From assembly GCF_036321535.1 (NCBI RefSeq), contig NC_087437.1:78928001-78992000 (forward strand): a DNA stretch of 64,000 bases, in the 5' to 3' direction. Positions 1 through 13,712 of the stretch are shown here, piece after piece; the stretch's first letter is position 1; each line of letters begins with the position of its first letter. Under the pieces are notes generated by a model. The model ran no database searches. It saw only the letters and a program-made list of their open reading frames with translations, and was not told the origin of the DNA. This DNA comes from Camelus dromedarius (Eukaryota). A program made the translations under genes and the position numbers.

Positions 1-504
1 TTAAAGTAATACTATTCTGGGAAATGTATATATTGAAAAATGATTGTCTTTTTATTTTACTTTATTTTTCCTAGGTTAAATAAATTTGAAAGACTAACAC
101 TATATTTACTTATGGATACATTGAAGAACTTGGAGCATTGTTGAGTAAAAAAACATCATTTTAACTTTATTCAGTTTAGTATTTTCCAAATTTATATTAG
201 CAAGGTAATTTGTTGAGACATCATGAATGACAATATTTTTAGACACATCATTTTGATAAAAAGTGAGTAAAATAATAAGTTTTGCATCATGAAACAGGAT
301 CACATAGTTTATGATTCAAGAATGATAGAGAAGTTTCTGGCATGCATCATAAGAGTCAAGGAGAAAAAAAAATTCCCACATATGCAAGATTGGAAGAGAT
401 ACTAAAATGCATGAATGCAAATGAGATATTAAAACCCTAGTTAACAACCCTAGTGAGGCAACCTCCTTCTAAAAATGAAAAAAAAAAAATCAGGAAATAA
501 GGCA

Positions 505-760
505 AATTCAACTCAATGTATCAAACATATTGAGCATCTTTGTACAAAATATTTTGCCGGTTGTTGCTGGCATTCTAAAATGAGTTTTTAAAGATATGCT
601 TCCCATCCTTAAAGAATTTTGAACCTAGTGTAATAGAGTGATATGGAAGATAATACATAAATAAACAATTAAATGTTTGGTACAATGTGAAGCTCATAAG
701 AATTAAGAAAATACTTTGGGGATCCAAGCAGTAAGAGAGATTATATGAGGAGAAAATGCA
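505..760 (-). mobile_element. L2 LINE 3' end fragment (highly decayed)
   Basis: AATTCAACTCAATGTATCAAACATATTGAGCATCT...CCCATCCTTAAAGAATTTTGAACCTAGTG resembles the reverse complement of the L2 3' terminus. Confidence 0.5.
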
Positions 761-1241
761 TGGTAAATTGGCAAACGAGAATAACATTTTAATAAATGAA
801 GGTGAACACTATTTTAGAACAGTTTTACAGGCAATACTGGGTAGCATACAAGACTGGAATAAAATATTTGCATTATTTTTCAAAAGAAATAAATCAAATA
901 GGAAGAAGCCATGCAATTTAATATTACTGGTCATATTAACTGAAAAAATGTAGTGTAATCCTTGATTAATGTTTCTAAATACTTAGCACCCAAAAACTTT
1001 TTTAAAAAATTCAAACAGTAGATTCTCTCCTTTGGAGAACTTAATTCAGTAGGCCTAGGGTAAGTCTGGAAGTTTTAATAATTGCTAAAAATATTTTGAT
1101 TTAGACAATGCATGCACCAAATATTTACAACAATTTTTTAAGAATGCGACTCACAAAATATTTATGTTTAAAACATTCAGTAAATAAAGATGTATTTTTT
1201 TCTTTAAAAAGATACGAAGTTTAAGAGCTATGGTAACTTCT

Positions 1242-1376
1242 GGGGAGGATGGTGTAGCTCAGGTGGTAGAGTACATGCTTTAGCATGAGGTCCTGGGTTC
1301 AATCCCCAGTACTGCCTCTAAAAAAATATAAATAAATCTAATTACCTCCCCCGGCTGAAGAAAAAAAAAAAAGAAA
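1242..1376 (+). mobile_element. tRNA-derived SINE, camelid Vic-1-like
   Basis: GGGGAGGATGGTGTAGCTCAGGTGGTAG (A box), GGTTCAATCCCC (B box), AAATAAATCTAATTACCTCCCCC body and A-rich tail. Flanked by a 19-bp TSD AAGAG(C/T)TATGGTAACTTCT at 1223-1241 and 1377-1395. Confidence 0.9.
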
Positions 1377-2097
1377 AAGAGTTATGGTAACTTCTGAAAG
1401 TACAGTTTTGACAATGAAAAGAAAAATTACCTCAGTGAGTTGGAATTTATGCAGTCATTAGGCCTACACAGATAGTTAATTGATTATCTCTGATTTTTAG
1501 AGCTTATGTATGAAAATAGTTCATAAGAATAAATGCATATACCCTAAGAAGTGACATCATAAAAAGAATAAGGGTAAAGACAGTAAAAAGAAAATAGTTT
1601 GAGCAGTGAGATTCTAGGAGAAAAAGAAAGTCAAATTAGCTAGTTGAGGAAAATGATACAATAATAAAAGAATGTCTTATGTAGAAAGTATAATTCCAAC
1701 CTGAAAAAGAGTTGAAATAAATCCAAATATATTTGAAGAGGTCATGAGACCTCAGAATTGTTTCCGAAGAGACAATGTCTTCCAACCTATACAAATGACA
1801 TACAGGAATCAGCAGTTCACAGGGGACTGAATGAACTAAGGCATCCTTTGTTTCGAATCCTTGCAATTATGTACTGCAGTGGTTCCATGTGACTGGATCT
1901 TGCCAAATTGTCCACAATTTAAAAAAAAAAAAAGTAGTTTGAAGACTACATAATACCTGGCATTACGTTTGAAACTATATTGACAAACTCAAATAAGCAT
2001 CCTTAAATGTTTGTGAACACTAAGGGGAAAAAAATGTAAAAGCAGATTAAAAAAAAAAAAAAGAAAACAGGTACCATTAGGAGTTAACAAGATTAAG

Positions 2098-2360
2098 TAA
2101 TTCTGAAACATTTCAAAGAACACTAATTTTGCTCCAAATATTAACAAGTAAATATTCTCATAGAAAGAGTTCTTCAGTCAAAAAGTTTGTAAAATTCAGC
2201 CTAGTATACATTTTTTGCATATTTTTCATAGTAACATAAAAAAGGCTCAGAGAATGTCTGTAATTTATAAAAATCATCTCTTTATCATTAGCCCAGAATA
2301 TCCCAAATTTACCTAACCACAGAAACAATGGTGATCACATTGTATCAAAAATATAGAACT
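2098..2360. mobile_element. hAT-Charlie non-autonomous element, MER103-like
   Basis: Recalled motifs GAACACTA, GTCAAAAAGTTTG, AAAGGCTCAGAGAA and CCCAAATTTACCTAACCACAGAA, with internal inverted symmetry. Confidence 0.45.
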
Positions 2361-2479
2361 GCTATAGTAAGTGGAAGCTAGACTACACTAGCATTATTTC
2401 CTTTTTATGGTACATTCCATAGAATTATTGGTAGAGCAAAATAGACTCCCATATATGTTATGTGTTGAATTTAGAAAGA

Positions 2480-2810
2480 ATCCCTGGTAAAAATATTTTA
2501 TGAGATCCTTGATGTGGGTTAGCAGAGGCACCAGTTAATCAATTCATATGTTGCCTGTGGCTTTGATGCCAAAAGGCTAATTAAGATTGACATCTAACTA
2601 GGAAAAGGATTTATTTTTAATGATATTTTACAGGTCTCTGTTCTTGCCCCTTTTCATATTTTTTAAATGAATTGAAGAAAGACAAAGAAGGTAATCCTAT
2701 CAAATTTTTTGATTAAAATATATGACAGAAACGGCTGTGGTTTGGGAATAAAATCTAAAATAAATAGGCTAGAATAATGGATTTAATTCCAGAAATTAAA
2801 AGTTAAAGAT
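2480..2810 (+). mobile_element. L3/CR1 LINE reverse-transcriptase fragment
   Basis: CAGGTCTCTGTTCTTGCCCC...ATATTTTTTAAATGAATTGAAGAAAGACAAAGAAGGTAATCCTATCAAATTT resembles the CR1 segment encoding QGSVLGPxLFNIFINDL...LIKFADD. Confidence 0.55.
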
Positions 2811-3031
2811 GAGTCCTTGATCCATATGTTGGTGTAAGCCTGTTGCATACTAATGAATTGTGTCAAGACTCTTAACAGAAGCAGACAGATTGTAAATGGA
2901 TTTCAAAACTTGGAAATACATGTACAAAGGTGATTTTACCAGGTTATTTTTTTCCCCTTAGATCTGCCAAGAATGTGGGCACTGTCCCAGAGCTGCCTTC
3001 CAGGACAGCATTGCAAGAGATAAAAATGCAA

Positions 3032-3503
3032 TGTATTAGTTTTCTAGGGATGCCTTAGCAAAGTGCCACAAACTGCAAAGCTTATAATAATAGAAGTATG
3101 TCTCGTATTTCTAGAGGCGTGAAGTCCAAAATCAAGGTCTGTAGGTTTCTCCTGAATCTGTAGGGAAGAAATCTTCCTCACCTCTTTTAGTTTCTGGTGT
3201 TTACAAGCAATCCTTGGTGTTCCTTGGCTTATTACCAGTTTCTACCTGCATTATCAGATGGCCATCTTCTCTCTGTGTATCTCTGTCTTCAGAAACATGG
3301 CATTCTCATCTCTGTTTGTGTCTATCTTTGTGTCTCCTCTCTTCTTACAAGGACACCAGTCATATTAGATTAAGGGCCCATCTTACTGCAGTAGGACATC
3401 ATCTAACTTAAATCTTTATTACATTTGCAGAAACTCAGTCACAAGTGCCTGGGTTTAGGTCTTTAACATATTTTGGGGGAGAGACACAATTTAGCCTACA
3501 ATA
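3032..3503 (-). mobile_element. MaLR solo LTR, MLT1C-like
   Basis: Starts TGTATTAGTTTTCTAGGG, contains GAAGTCCAAAATCAAGGT, CAATCCTTGGTGTTCCTTGGCTT and AAGGACACCAGTCATATT, and ends GGGGGAGAGACACAATTTAGCCTACAATA. Confidence 0.85.
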
Positions 3504-4440
3504 CTCAGAAACCCTACTTTTTGAAGAAAAACAGTAATGGGGCCTATTCAGTCTGAATATTGCAGAGGGAGTTCTGGAGAAGAAAGAGTTAGAGAAAGTA
3601 GGTATTCTAATTCTATGCAGAAATCAACACAAGGTGTGGGCTCACTCCTGAGCTACCTTTGCAACAGAACAGAAAGAAACAGCAAAGTCTTTGAGAACTT
3701 CTCAGATATTTAGGCATGGCCCAGTTCTCAGATAAACATCTGGGTGATGCATGCATGGGGCAAATTCAAAGAGGCATAAGCTTTGAAAAATGAACTGAAA
3801 ATTGTACTGCCAGAACTTTATCTGAACCTAACTCAGTTGGCTGCCCAGCAAAACAAAACAAAACACACAAAAAAATCATCATTCTCCTGAGGATTCTAAA
3901 AGGAAAGAGAGTCTGCCCAACACAGCATTGAAAATATCCAGGGTCCAATCCAAAATTGCTAGCATACAAAGAGCTAGAGATATGAGACCAGTTCTTAAGG
4001 GAAAAGACAATCATATGCTGAACCTGAGAAAACCTAGATAGTATAATCAGGCAAATATTTTAAAGTAGCTATTGCAAATATGCTACATTAAATTAATGGA
4101 AAGATAGACCTACTCAGTATAGAAATCAAAACTAAAACAAAGTAGAAATTTTAAAAAAATTAAAAATTACTGGCTGGACTCAATAACAGAATGGGGATGA
4201 AAGAGGAAAAAATTACTGAACTTGAGAATAGATCAACAAGTTGTATTCAGTCTAAAGAAGACAATGAGAAAAGTTTGAGGGAAAAAAAAAAAAAAAGAGC
4301 CTCAGGGATCTATGTGAAAACATCAAAAGAACTACCATTCATGCTGTTGAATTCCCAGAAAGATGGAAGAAAGATTTTATAGCAGGAAAAAAAAAAAAAT
4401 GAAGCAATAACGGTCAAAATTTCCCAAGTTTCCTGGGAGT
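3504..4440 (+). mobile_element. Ancient L1M 5'UTR/ORF1 remnant
   Basis: ORF 4191-4382 (MKEEKITELENRSTSCIQSKEDNEKSL) resembles the L1 ORF1p coiled coil (EERISELEDR..EIIQSEEQKEK). Upstream CAATCCAAAATTGCTAGCATACAAAG is typical of L1M 5' regions. Confidence 0.75.
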
Positions 4441-5248
4441 AGAATTTCATGTTCAGTGTCTGGGTAGGGTAAGAATTGGGAAAAGTTGTCACTATATCAC
4501 TCTTTACTAAAACATTTTTTATCAAAGTTGGTGAACGTGGCTACCAAAATTTATCAGCAGATCTGCTGTTTCTAGGATTGCTAATCTCTTTTTTTCTAAT
4601 AAAGCAGGCAAAGATACATTCCCAGTTATAAGCCTGCCTCTACTTATGTGTGGGTAACTGCCTCTGTAGGTACTTTCTGAGAATGGAACCTGGTAAATCA
4701 GGCCAAGAAAAGGAGATTATAAGAGAAAACCTTCAGTAAGCATCAAATAGTTATTTTAATCAAATGGACATGTTTTAATATTCAGTTATTCTGCTGCACT
4801 CTGTCCAAAATAAAGAGTGTTCAGTCATTATAAAGAATATTTTATAGTTTAAAACATACTGAATGATGTTAAAAATCGTGATAATATCTGCATTATTCAT
4901 TTTAATTTAATTCTCAAACAGAAATACCATGCATGCAAAGGTACCTTGCTAGGACCAAACATTGAACAAGAATGTATATTTCACATGCCTTAATTAGAAA
5001 ACTAGATATTAGTCATTTTGACATGGAGATGTATAAATGATATTTATATTTTAGCTCTTTTGACATGGCTTTTGGTTTTCATGCAAAATTTCAACATTTA
5101 TAGAAAATTAATGTGTACTGATCATTAGCATATGTTAGAGATGGACAATGATAGGCCAAAATGAATCATGTTCATGTAATACATTGAATACAATGTAATA
5201 TGCACAGAATATATTAATATGCATTGCTGAAATATATCCAATCGTAAC

Positions 5249-5620
5249 TGTATTGGTTTTCTAGAGCTGCCATAACAAAACACTGCAGACTGGGTGGCTT
5301 ACACAACTGAAATTTATTTTTTCTCACAGTTCTGGAATCTAGAAGTCCAAGATCAAGGTGTTGGCATATTTGATTTCCTCTGAGGCCTTTTTCCTTGGCT
5401 TACAGATGGTCACCTTTTCTCTGTGTCTTCCTATGACCTTTCCTCTCTGTGGATACATCCCTGTTGTCTGTCTGCCCAAAGTTTCTTTTCTTATGAGGGC
5501 TTTAGTCACATTGGAGTAAGACTCACCCTAAAGGCTTCATTTTGATTTAATCACCTCTTTAAAGTTTCTGTCTCCAAGTAAGTAACATTCTGAAGTATTG
5601 GGGGCTAGAGCTTCAGCATG
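5249..5620 (-). mobile_element. MaLR solo LTR, MLT1B/MLT1A-like
   Basis: TGTATTGGTTTTCTAGAGCTGCCATAACAAAACACTGCAGACTGGGTGGCTT...CTCACAGTTCTGGAATCTAGAAGTCCAAGATCAAGGTGTTGGCA. Confidence 0.88.
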
Positions 5621-6419
5621 CAGTTATTTAATGACTCTATATAAAACAAAATTCCTTATGTTAGGACAATTGATTTTGTCTCTTCTATGCTTTTTAATTT
5701 CACAGTTATCAAGTCAACTTTGTATTACATATTCAAATAAAACTCTTTGGATCCATAAGAAATAACAATGTACCAAGACTTTGTATATCTTCTGTTTCAC
5801 AGAAGGAATTCAGGCTCAGACAACAGACAGATCCTTGTTCTAAGTGTTTAGTCAAGGCAAAATTTCATGTTTAAATTAGCAAATACTTTCCCTCACAATA
5901 AAAGTGCATTGCGATACTGATCCCATTATTTGCTGAATTCTCTCACTTCAAGATGATGTTATATTGTTTTTTGTCTCAACATACATTTGTGAAACATCTT
6001 ACACATGTGCTTTTATTCAAACTAAAAGGAATAATGAAATTTATCTTTGTATGTTCTACTGATGTTACTATTCTGATTTTTCTACTTCTTTTTCCTGAGA
6101 AATATGCTTCTTCCATGTTTTTTTATGCTTGTTCTTTTTACTGGAAATATTTTTAAGTTTTTATGGCTGTTTCTTTCAAAGACTAGCCAGGGAAAAACAG
6201 ATCTCATATAATGTAGAAAAATATTCTCTTAGGGCACCAGAATCCTGATTCAAGTTGTCATAGGGTATTTACATGAACCATGTAGCTAACATGTAACCGT
6301 GTGTAAAGGCTCTTTCTCTTGGGATTTTATGGAACTGGCAAAAGGTATAATGACAATACAATTATACATACATATGTAGAGAGAATGATCGTTTTATAGA
6401 TAGATAACTACACATAAGT

Positions 6420-6421
<2 letters not shown>

Positions 6422-6453
<32 letters not shown>
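6422..6453. repeat. (CA)16 microsatellite
   Basis: Perfect CA run seen directly. Confidence 0.95.
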
Positions 6454-6460
<7 letters not shown>

Positions 6461-7494
6461 GGAAAATATGTAAGAGATAGTTACACTAGCTTCTAATCTC
6501 CATCTCCAGTTACCTCTTTAGAACTGGTGTTGACCACTGTAGACTTAAGCATTTGTAGCTCACAGACTCCGCTTTCCTGGTCAAGATCCTCTGCTTATGT
6601 TCCATCTCACTCTTTACCCACACCATCTGCTGTAAGATGTCTACTTCCCATTTCAGCGATTGTAATTACTGGTCTCACAGTAGTATTAAAATTGCCTTAT
6701 TAATCCCTATGTTGGCTGCTTAATGTTTTATCCCTCTTTCTTCTAACTCAAGCACACTATGTCTTTGCTTTTTATTATTTGCATTCTCAGTTTAGAATCA
6801 GCATTGCTCTTTAAATCATGGGGTGAGGGTGAGCTTAATCCCTTTTCATAGCAGAAATATGTTTCTGTCAGATTTTCTACCTTAAAAATGTTTTTTTCTA
6901 CTGAACCAAGATGCTTCCTGTATACTATTATTAATAATATCTATAAGTATCAATGGCTTGGGGCATTGCTTCTAAATAGTTTTCTTTACAAAGTCCTTAC
7001 AAAGAAAGCTGATCATATTATTATATTTTTAGAAGGAAAACAACCCTATAAGCAAAAGCTCACAGCTCATTTGGAAAGTTTATTGAAAACTCTGATAAGA
7101 TATAAATTAAATAGATTCATAAACTTCATCAGACATCACCCTCAAAGATTAAAGGTATGCTGGTATGGAGCAAGGTAACGTCTTTAAAAATAAGCCATAA
7201 CCTACAATTATATATTAACCATATTTCCAGTGGAGACCATTTTTCCTTTGTATACCTAAACTATATTGAATTTCAAAGTAAAAAATGAGAGTCCCACAAA
7301 AGTATAGAATTATGAGAAAAATATATTTCCCCTAGCAAAATAACAAGGAAAATATTCACTCATTCTCTGCATTTGTGGGCAGGGGTGCTACTTTTGCTCT
7401 CTGTTTTTATCAGTACAAGTTCTCTATCACTTATTTCAAATAACTTGAAACAGTTAATTATTTTATATGATTTAAAATTTGTATTAGAGTGTAT

Positions 7495-8023
7495 GAGTCA
7501 GAGTTTCTTTTGTTTGGAAGCAAGAAAAACATACTTTAAATAGTTTCTAGAGGAAATGAATTGATCAATTGCTATTATGGAGCCACAGAATCTTAAGAAA
7601 TGTCTGAGTACCAGGCTGTAATGACTCACAGTCAAGAGCATCAAGCAAATGATACTACAAGACTGTTCCAATGGAAACATACTGACCCCAGCTGGTTCCA
7701 GGAACAGACCCTGCAGCTTGCTGTGCACATGCTGCCACCAGGCACAATTGCTAGAATTACTGCCAAACTGACCCTGAAAGTGGAACATTGTTGCAGCCAC
7801 CCATGACGCAGTAACAAATTCTGTGTGTTGCTTGCTGCTCCACATGACCAGTTTCTAGATTAAAGCTTCATACACTGATTTTGATTTGTGGAGCCTAGGT
7901 CAAATCTAAGTACTCTGGCAGGAAAGGCAAATTTCTGTATTTTCCTTTGGGAGAATTCTCAAACATATAAAAAGTATTCAGTCCTGACATGTGGACAAAA
8001 AGAATGACAAATGTCTATTATAC
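7495..8023 (-). mobile_element. Very old MaLR LTR (MLT1K-N-like)
   Basis: Start AGTCAGAGTTTCTTTTGTTTGGAAGCAAGAAAAAC, internal GGAGCCTAGGTCA and end GACAAATGTCTATTATACA resemble old MLT1 consensus sequences. Confidence 0.45.
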
Positions 8024-11000
8024 AGACAATGCAGTTTGTATATTTAATTACTCCATTCAAGCTGAGATTTAATGTGGAACAGGGGAACAAAGTAGAATAA
8101 TCAATCATCCTCACGTAGCTTAAAGAGACAAGAGAAGGAAGAGCTGTAATTAGTGTTCTCCACAGGTACAGCAGGTAGGAAGCATATTCTTGGAAAGGAA
8201 AGAAAAGGAGATAGACATATCTATATATCTATCTATAATTTCTTTTCCTTTTAAGTAACATAGTGATTCATTAATTCAGCTCTCTCACTTGCCTTAATTC
8301 CCAGAGAATAAACATTTTAATTAAGGATGGAAAAGGTATATAAAAATGTTAGTTCATTCTAGCAATTTCTCTAGGAGTTTAGTTATAAAAGTAAGAATAG
8401 TTAATTGCCCCAACCCACAGAACTCTATTACATATGTTGTTGTTAAATTTCTCAGATTCTTTTTTTTTTAACCATTTGGCGTCAGTCAAGGTTATACTGA
8501 ACTGTACTGTTATGGAAAGGGAGTCAGGCAAAGGGATAGAGTGGTTAAATAAGATAAAATATGCTAGGTACAAAAGACACACAAATCTGATTTTCTGTCC
8601 AGCTCTATTACTCTGTGAGACATCACTCAGCATCTCACTGAGGTAAGCCTGAGTTATAAGAATGGTATGGATGGGTTTTAGGTCTATATTTTTTTTTAAG
8701 AGTGGTTTTGCTGGTTTGAACAAACCTCAGATAAGACTTCAGTTACATTTTTTCTGTGTCGGTAGCTCTTCCTACTTCCTTTTCTGCTGCATTAAAGTTT
8801 GTGTTTAATATGTAATATGATGAATTCAGTCTGCCTAAGTTTTATTTCACGGCTTATGTTTATTTTTATAAAAAATGCATTTTTCACCAAAAGGGTTATG
8901 GTTAGGTCATTGGTAAAGTAGTTAGGGAAGTATATTCCAATCAAAGTTAAAAAAAAAAAAAGATACATCTTTGTGGAGTCAAGGAGTTCACTAAAATGTC
9001 AAGATGACATGTTGCACATTGAGTGAGGTGGTGCAAAAACTCCTGAAAGACCAATTTGTGCAAGTTATGTGTTTATATTTAATTTTTTCCCTTCAATACA
9101 ATGTTATTACCATGAATATATTTTCTCATTAATAATCTAAATCAAGTTTTCAAATTCCTCATGCTAATGGTCAGCATATTATGCCTCCTTGCATCCCTTC
9201 CAACACAAAAGCGTGTGCCAGTGCCTGCATGCACACATATATTTAGGCATGGTTTTTGGCAAATTATTTTCCTTAATTATATGGTGCAATGCTACAAAAA
9301 AAAAAACAAAAAAACCCCACTGGTGGCCTCTTTTGGATTAAAATGAATTCAACAAGATTTTATATTTTATTATTAATTTTCTAGATGTGCGCTTCTAAAA
9401 AGGCTGTTCCATTATGATGTACATGATGAATGATATTTACATGAGTGGCAGACCCACATGGGCTTGTTCTAGATCTTGTGGAAGTCATAATTCTTTACTG
9501 CCATAGTTCTTTACTGCTGTCCTATTTGAAATTTAAAACCATCTTAGGAATTTTGTTATCATCATTTGTTTTGTTTTGACTTTCCAAGACAAAAGGAACA
9601 AAATATCTTGATATTTTGCTCATGTAATAATGTTTCAGTGATTTATTTTTCTTCTCTTGTTTTTTCCTAGATAATATAAGCCTTGATGACCATCTGCTTT
9701 TTCTGATTTCACCACATAATTTATCTTTCCCCTTCTAGCCTTTATGCATAAGTCAGTTTTGTAGTATATTATTTCATTCACATTACTTCTTTATTTGTGT
9801 ATTTCCCTTTAGTATTTTTATTTACCAGAAAGGCATATACTATAATTCACCTTTATTCTTCTTGTTAAAATACCAATAAATAATTAAAATAAAGCATTCA
9901 GTAACTGTTAGCTGAATTGAAATAAGACATGAAAGTGAAAACTATTAACTATTTAATAATACATAAACAAACTTAAGTTGAAGAAAATGTTATAACAGTT
10001 CATCTTGACTCAGTCTTTTAGAAAGAGTATGTGTGTATTTATGTATGTATGTATATATACATATGTACAGAAGTGCACGCACCTTCTAATTTATAAAAAC
10101 TATGGCAGAGAAAAGTCAGAACCAGAAAAATTCAAATAAAATATCTAAACCCAGCTATTAATTTTAGAAAATAACTGATAACACAGTAATAGGCTCTTCT
10201 TTGTTCCTTTATAATATTCTTTATAAACATGTAGTTTATTTTTTGACCCTGAAAATAATTACCTACAGAAAAGATTAGAATATTGCCTAAGACTTGATGT
10301 CGAAGCTTCTTCCTCATTAGTATTGAGACAAATCTTTAATAATTGTTAAATGCAAAAAAGGAAAAAATCAGAAATATCAGTAAGACTTTATCTCTTTTAT
10401 TCAATCTTATGGTAAGGAAGTAAAAAAGATTAAACAAGGAACAGAACAGAATTTCTACAAAATTGTAATTAGTATTTTCAGATAACTGAGAGGTTATTGA
10501 ATCCATAAACAGAAATAGGAGGCTATGAAATAAATAACATATGTATTTCTGGTAGTGGTGTTCCTTTTCCTAATTTTAAAGCTTTTCTGATTATAGGACC
10601 ACAATTAATAGCATTAGTTCTAGGAATTCAGTCTACATTGGAAGTGTAGAATGGCATTATTAAACTAACTTGGGCAAATCCGGCATTGACTTCTTTGCTA
10701 TGTATTTTTAATTAAAAAAAGGAAATCAGTTTGCAAATGAAGAAGATATTTTAAACTAAGTTCTATGAAATAAAAATATTGTTACATAAATCTTGTTTTC
10801 TACATGAAACATCCATGTAGATGTTTAGATCTTCTCAAAACTGAAATTTCAAATTTAGCATAGCCTCCATGATGACTGTCTAAAATGTCATTGCAGTCTA
10901 ATAAGTAAAACAACTTTGTCCTCATTTAATCCACAATTATGGGGCTTTAGTCTGGTGTAACATGTGGACACTGAATTTTGGCCCTGACTGTCACCCATGG

Positions 11001-11059
11001 ACATTTTTCTTTCCAGCTTTTCTTTTCTTTACTTCCATAAATGTTCCATGTATTTACCC

Positions 11060-11560
11060 CTTCACTTCTTTTACCATGGTCACTTGTCTTTTTGTGTCCA
11101 GGAGGACATTTCTTCTGTGTTCCATGGGCTCCTGATGTTGGATATAAAATGAAGTGAGTTTAATTCCTGAATGTGGAGTAGGGGAGAATGTATAGATGGA
11201 TAGCACTTGAATATTAATAAATATTTTCTTCTCAATTTTAATGCAGATAAAGAAGTGGTTACATGTAAGTGAAAGAGAGGAGGTAGCAAATGGTGTGAGC
11301 TTTGAGAGACTGCAAGATGGGATAAGAGTCAGGGCTGTGATGGGGAGGAATGGATTAGAAAGGAATATGGGTAGAAAGAGCACCCTTTCTATGCCTTAGG
11401 AAAGGAGTAAGGTGGGTGTAAGTTCATCTGTATAGTTGTGGGTGGAAATTGTTAAACTCACCTCATTGCTTAACTCTCTCTGTGAATATGATGCAAAAAT
11501 ATCTGTGAAAAATGAAGTTTGATGGGTATGGTGTGAAAAAATGTTTTGATAAGAATGGAA
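11060..11560 (-). mobile_element. L2 LINE ORF2 fragment
   Basis: Minus-strand translations DIFASYSQRE and ALTLIPSCSLSKLTPFATSSLS resemble L2 ORF2 segments DDFASYFTEK and ALDPIPSRLLKDLAP..IPSLS. Confidence 0.6.
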
Positions 11561-13712
11561 ATTTTTGAAATATCTACTATGTAAAAGGGGAAAAATGAAA
11601 ATGGTAGGATTACCAATTTCTGTTGAGACCATGAGTATATTTAAGCACCCATCTGTGAATGTGGATAGATTTCTCTCTGGATAGTGCTTTGGTTCAGAGA
11701 AGATAGACAGATTTGTCGGGGGTTCAGATTTTCCTTGGTTCTACTGAAAAGGCAGTATAAGCAATAAGAGAATTGATAACACTGAACAGAAAAACCTAAC
11801 ATGGAAGAATGAAAATGCTTTAGGACTAACCAAAAAGGATAACACGCTTTGAATAGCTTTATGAGGTCAAAAACCAGCGTATTGTGACTAAACTATATGA
11901 GAAAGCTAGAGACGGATATTTGCCATGGGACTGGGCTACCTGTATATATCATTTCAAAGGTGGAATTGTTTGAGGTGATTTAAAAATATCCTGTACCATA
12001 CAGGTATGTCCACAGCAATGATTGGTTGAAGTTGTTTTGAGAGTCTCATTGAGCCACAAGCCCCAGGTTACATTTTGTATGCCTATGGCTCATTTAGTCA
12101 ATGTTTCTAATCCAGTTTGTCTAAATATCATTTCTCCTTCTAATAAAACTAAATGTCCAACATTAGAACCAACACCAGCTGTTAAGTAAGTTCAGAGGCA
12201 TTTGTTGTGTGTTACTTATCAGCCAACTGTTGTTTTCTTTTATTACATTTCCCACAAAGAAACACATTTCCAGATTCAAATCTCACAAGCCTCAATAGCT
12301 AATGAACTCAAAGGGATGATCTCACACCAAGCATGGCCAACCAGTTTGTATATAAGAGTATCTCTGCTATGATAAACTTTTCCTTTAACCCTTAAAAAAG
12401 AAAGATGTATAAGATCTATGAGAACAGGAGAAAAGACATTCCATATATATATACATATATATTTTTTTCTATCCTACCTTTTAATTCCACAAATTTTTAA
12501 TTTCCTATGCAGATTACTCTTGACAGCAAGTCCTTTGGGCTTTCTCTGTGTCTCTGCTATGATGACAAAGGCATATGTCCTCTAACTTCTTCTGTGCTCT
12601 CTCCCTTCTGTACTTACCACTGCTGTCTCTTTGCCTTGCATTGTATCCTTAGGTTTCAAACTCTTATGCTTCATCTATAGGGGAAAAAAAAAGAGCTACT
12701 GTTCCACTAATTCTTGTTTATCATTCTTTGAGAATGACTTAATTTCCGTCTTTCCACTGTAATAATTTAAGTTAGGGGTATCAGTTCATCATCAACAACA
12801 TCTCCATTTTATTGAAACCTGTCTGACTGCTACTATAATATAAACTGTGAACTCTTCACACAAAGTACAAACAAAGTATTTCTTTAAGTAAATGCTAACT
12901 TTTTGCTTATGGTACAAAGAGAAATCTTTTTCTGTAAGGACATAGCATGGTCAAATATGACCAGTGTAGGAGAAATCCCTGAGACTGGAAGTTTTGAAAA
13001 TTTGTACAGTGTTTCAAAGTCCATTTGGGTGTGAAAAGACAAACTTAAACTGAACTGTATGTTTAAATGTATTTTTGTTTAAGGTTTACTTTTCTTTAAA
13101 TAAAAGTATTATCTATATTTGAAAAGGGGTCATGATTATTAATTAGGATCCTGTTTCCCATAGAACAAGCCTCAACTCCTTGCCATAGAGTTGGGTGAAA
13201 AGTAACCCCCCCACCCCCACTATTTCTGAGCAAATTTAGAGAGTTATAGTGTTGTTTTCATGTATCTTTAGCTTCAGTTGAACTGGAGGAAATCCTAAAC
13301 ATCAAATTAACTTTGCAGACTTCATGGGTTCAAGGAAGAAAAATTCATTTTGGAATTTTTGCAGGCAAACAAAGACAGCTTAATTCTGGTGTGCAAATCT
13401 CCAAGTAACTTCAGATGTATGCAGCCTCAGGAGACCACCCACCCATCACTCTTGTCTTCTCACATTTTTCCTGAAATGAACTCCTGATCTTACTAGAGAA
13501 TGAAAATATTCACACTGGGAGGCACAAAGAATTGAAGATGGGTTGTAGACTGTGATGTAGATATGAATAATATTATCCAAATTGCAGATGGGGAAACAGA
13601 AAGTATGTTTCAGTAACTACTATAGTAGAATCAGGGTAAAATTCAGCTTTATTTATCCTTCTTGAATTTGTAGGGTTTTTGTTTGTTTGTTTTTATGATT
13701 TCTTATTTATGT

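Noticed and set aside
1242..1320. tRNA gene
   Set aside because: The tRNA-like head has indels and is followed by a SINE body, A-tail and TSD, so it is a SINE.
9311..9330. Second CTCF-like motif (GGCCACCAGTGGGG on the minus strand)
   Set aside because: The 3' half departs from the AGRKGGC consensus.
9640..9720. Strong polypyrimidine/AG acceptor at 9670 (also at 74)
   Set aside because: No convincing downstream donor or open frame; such tracts are common in T-rich DNA.
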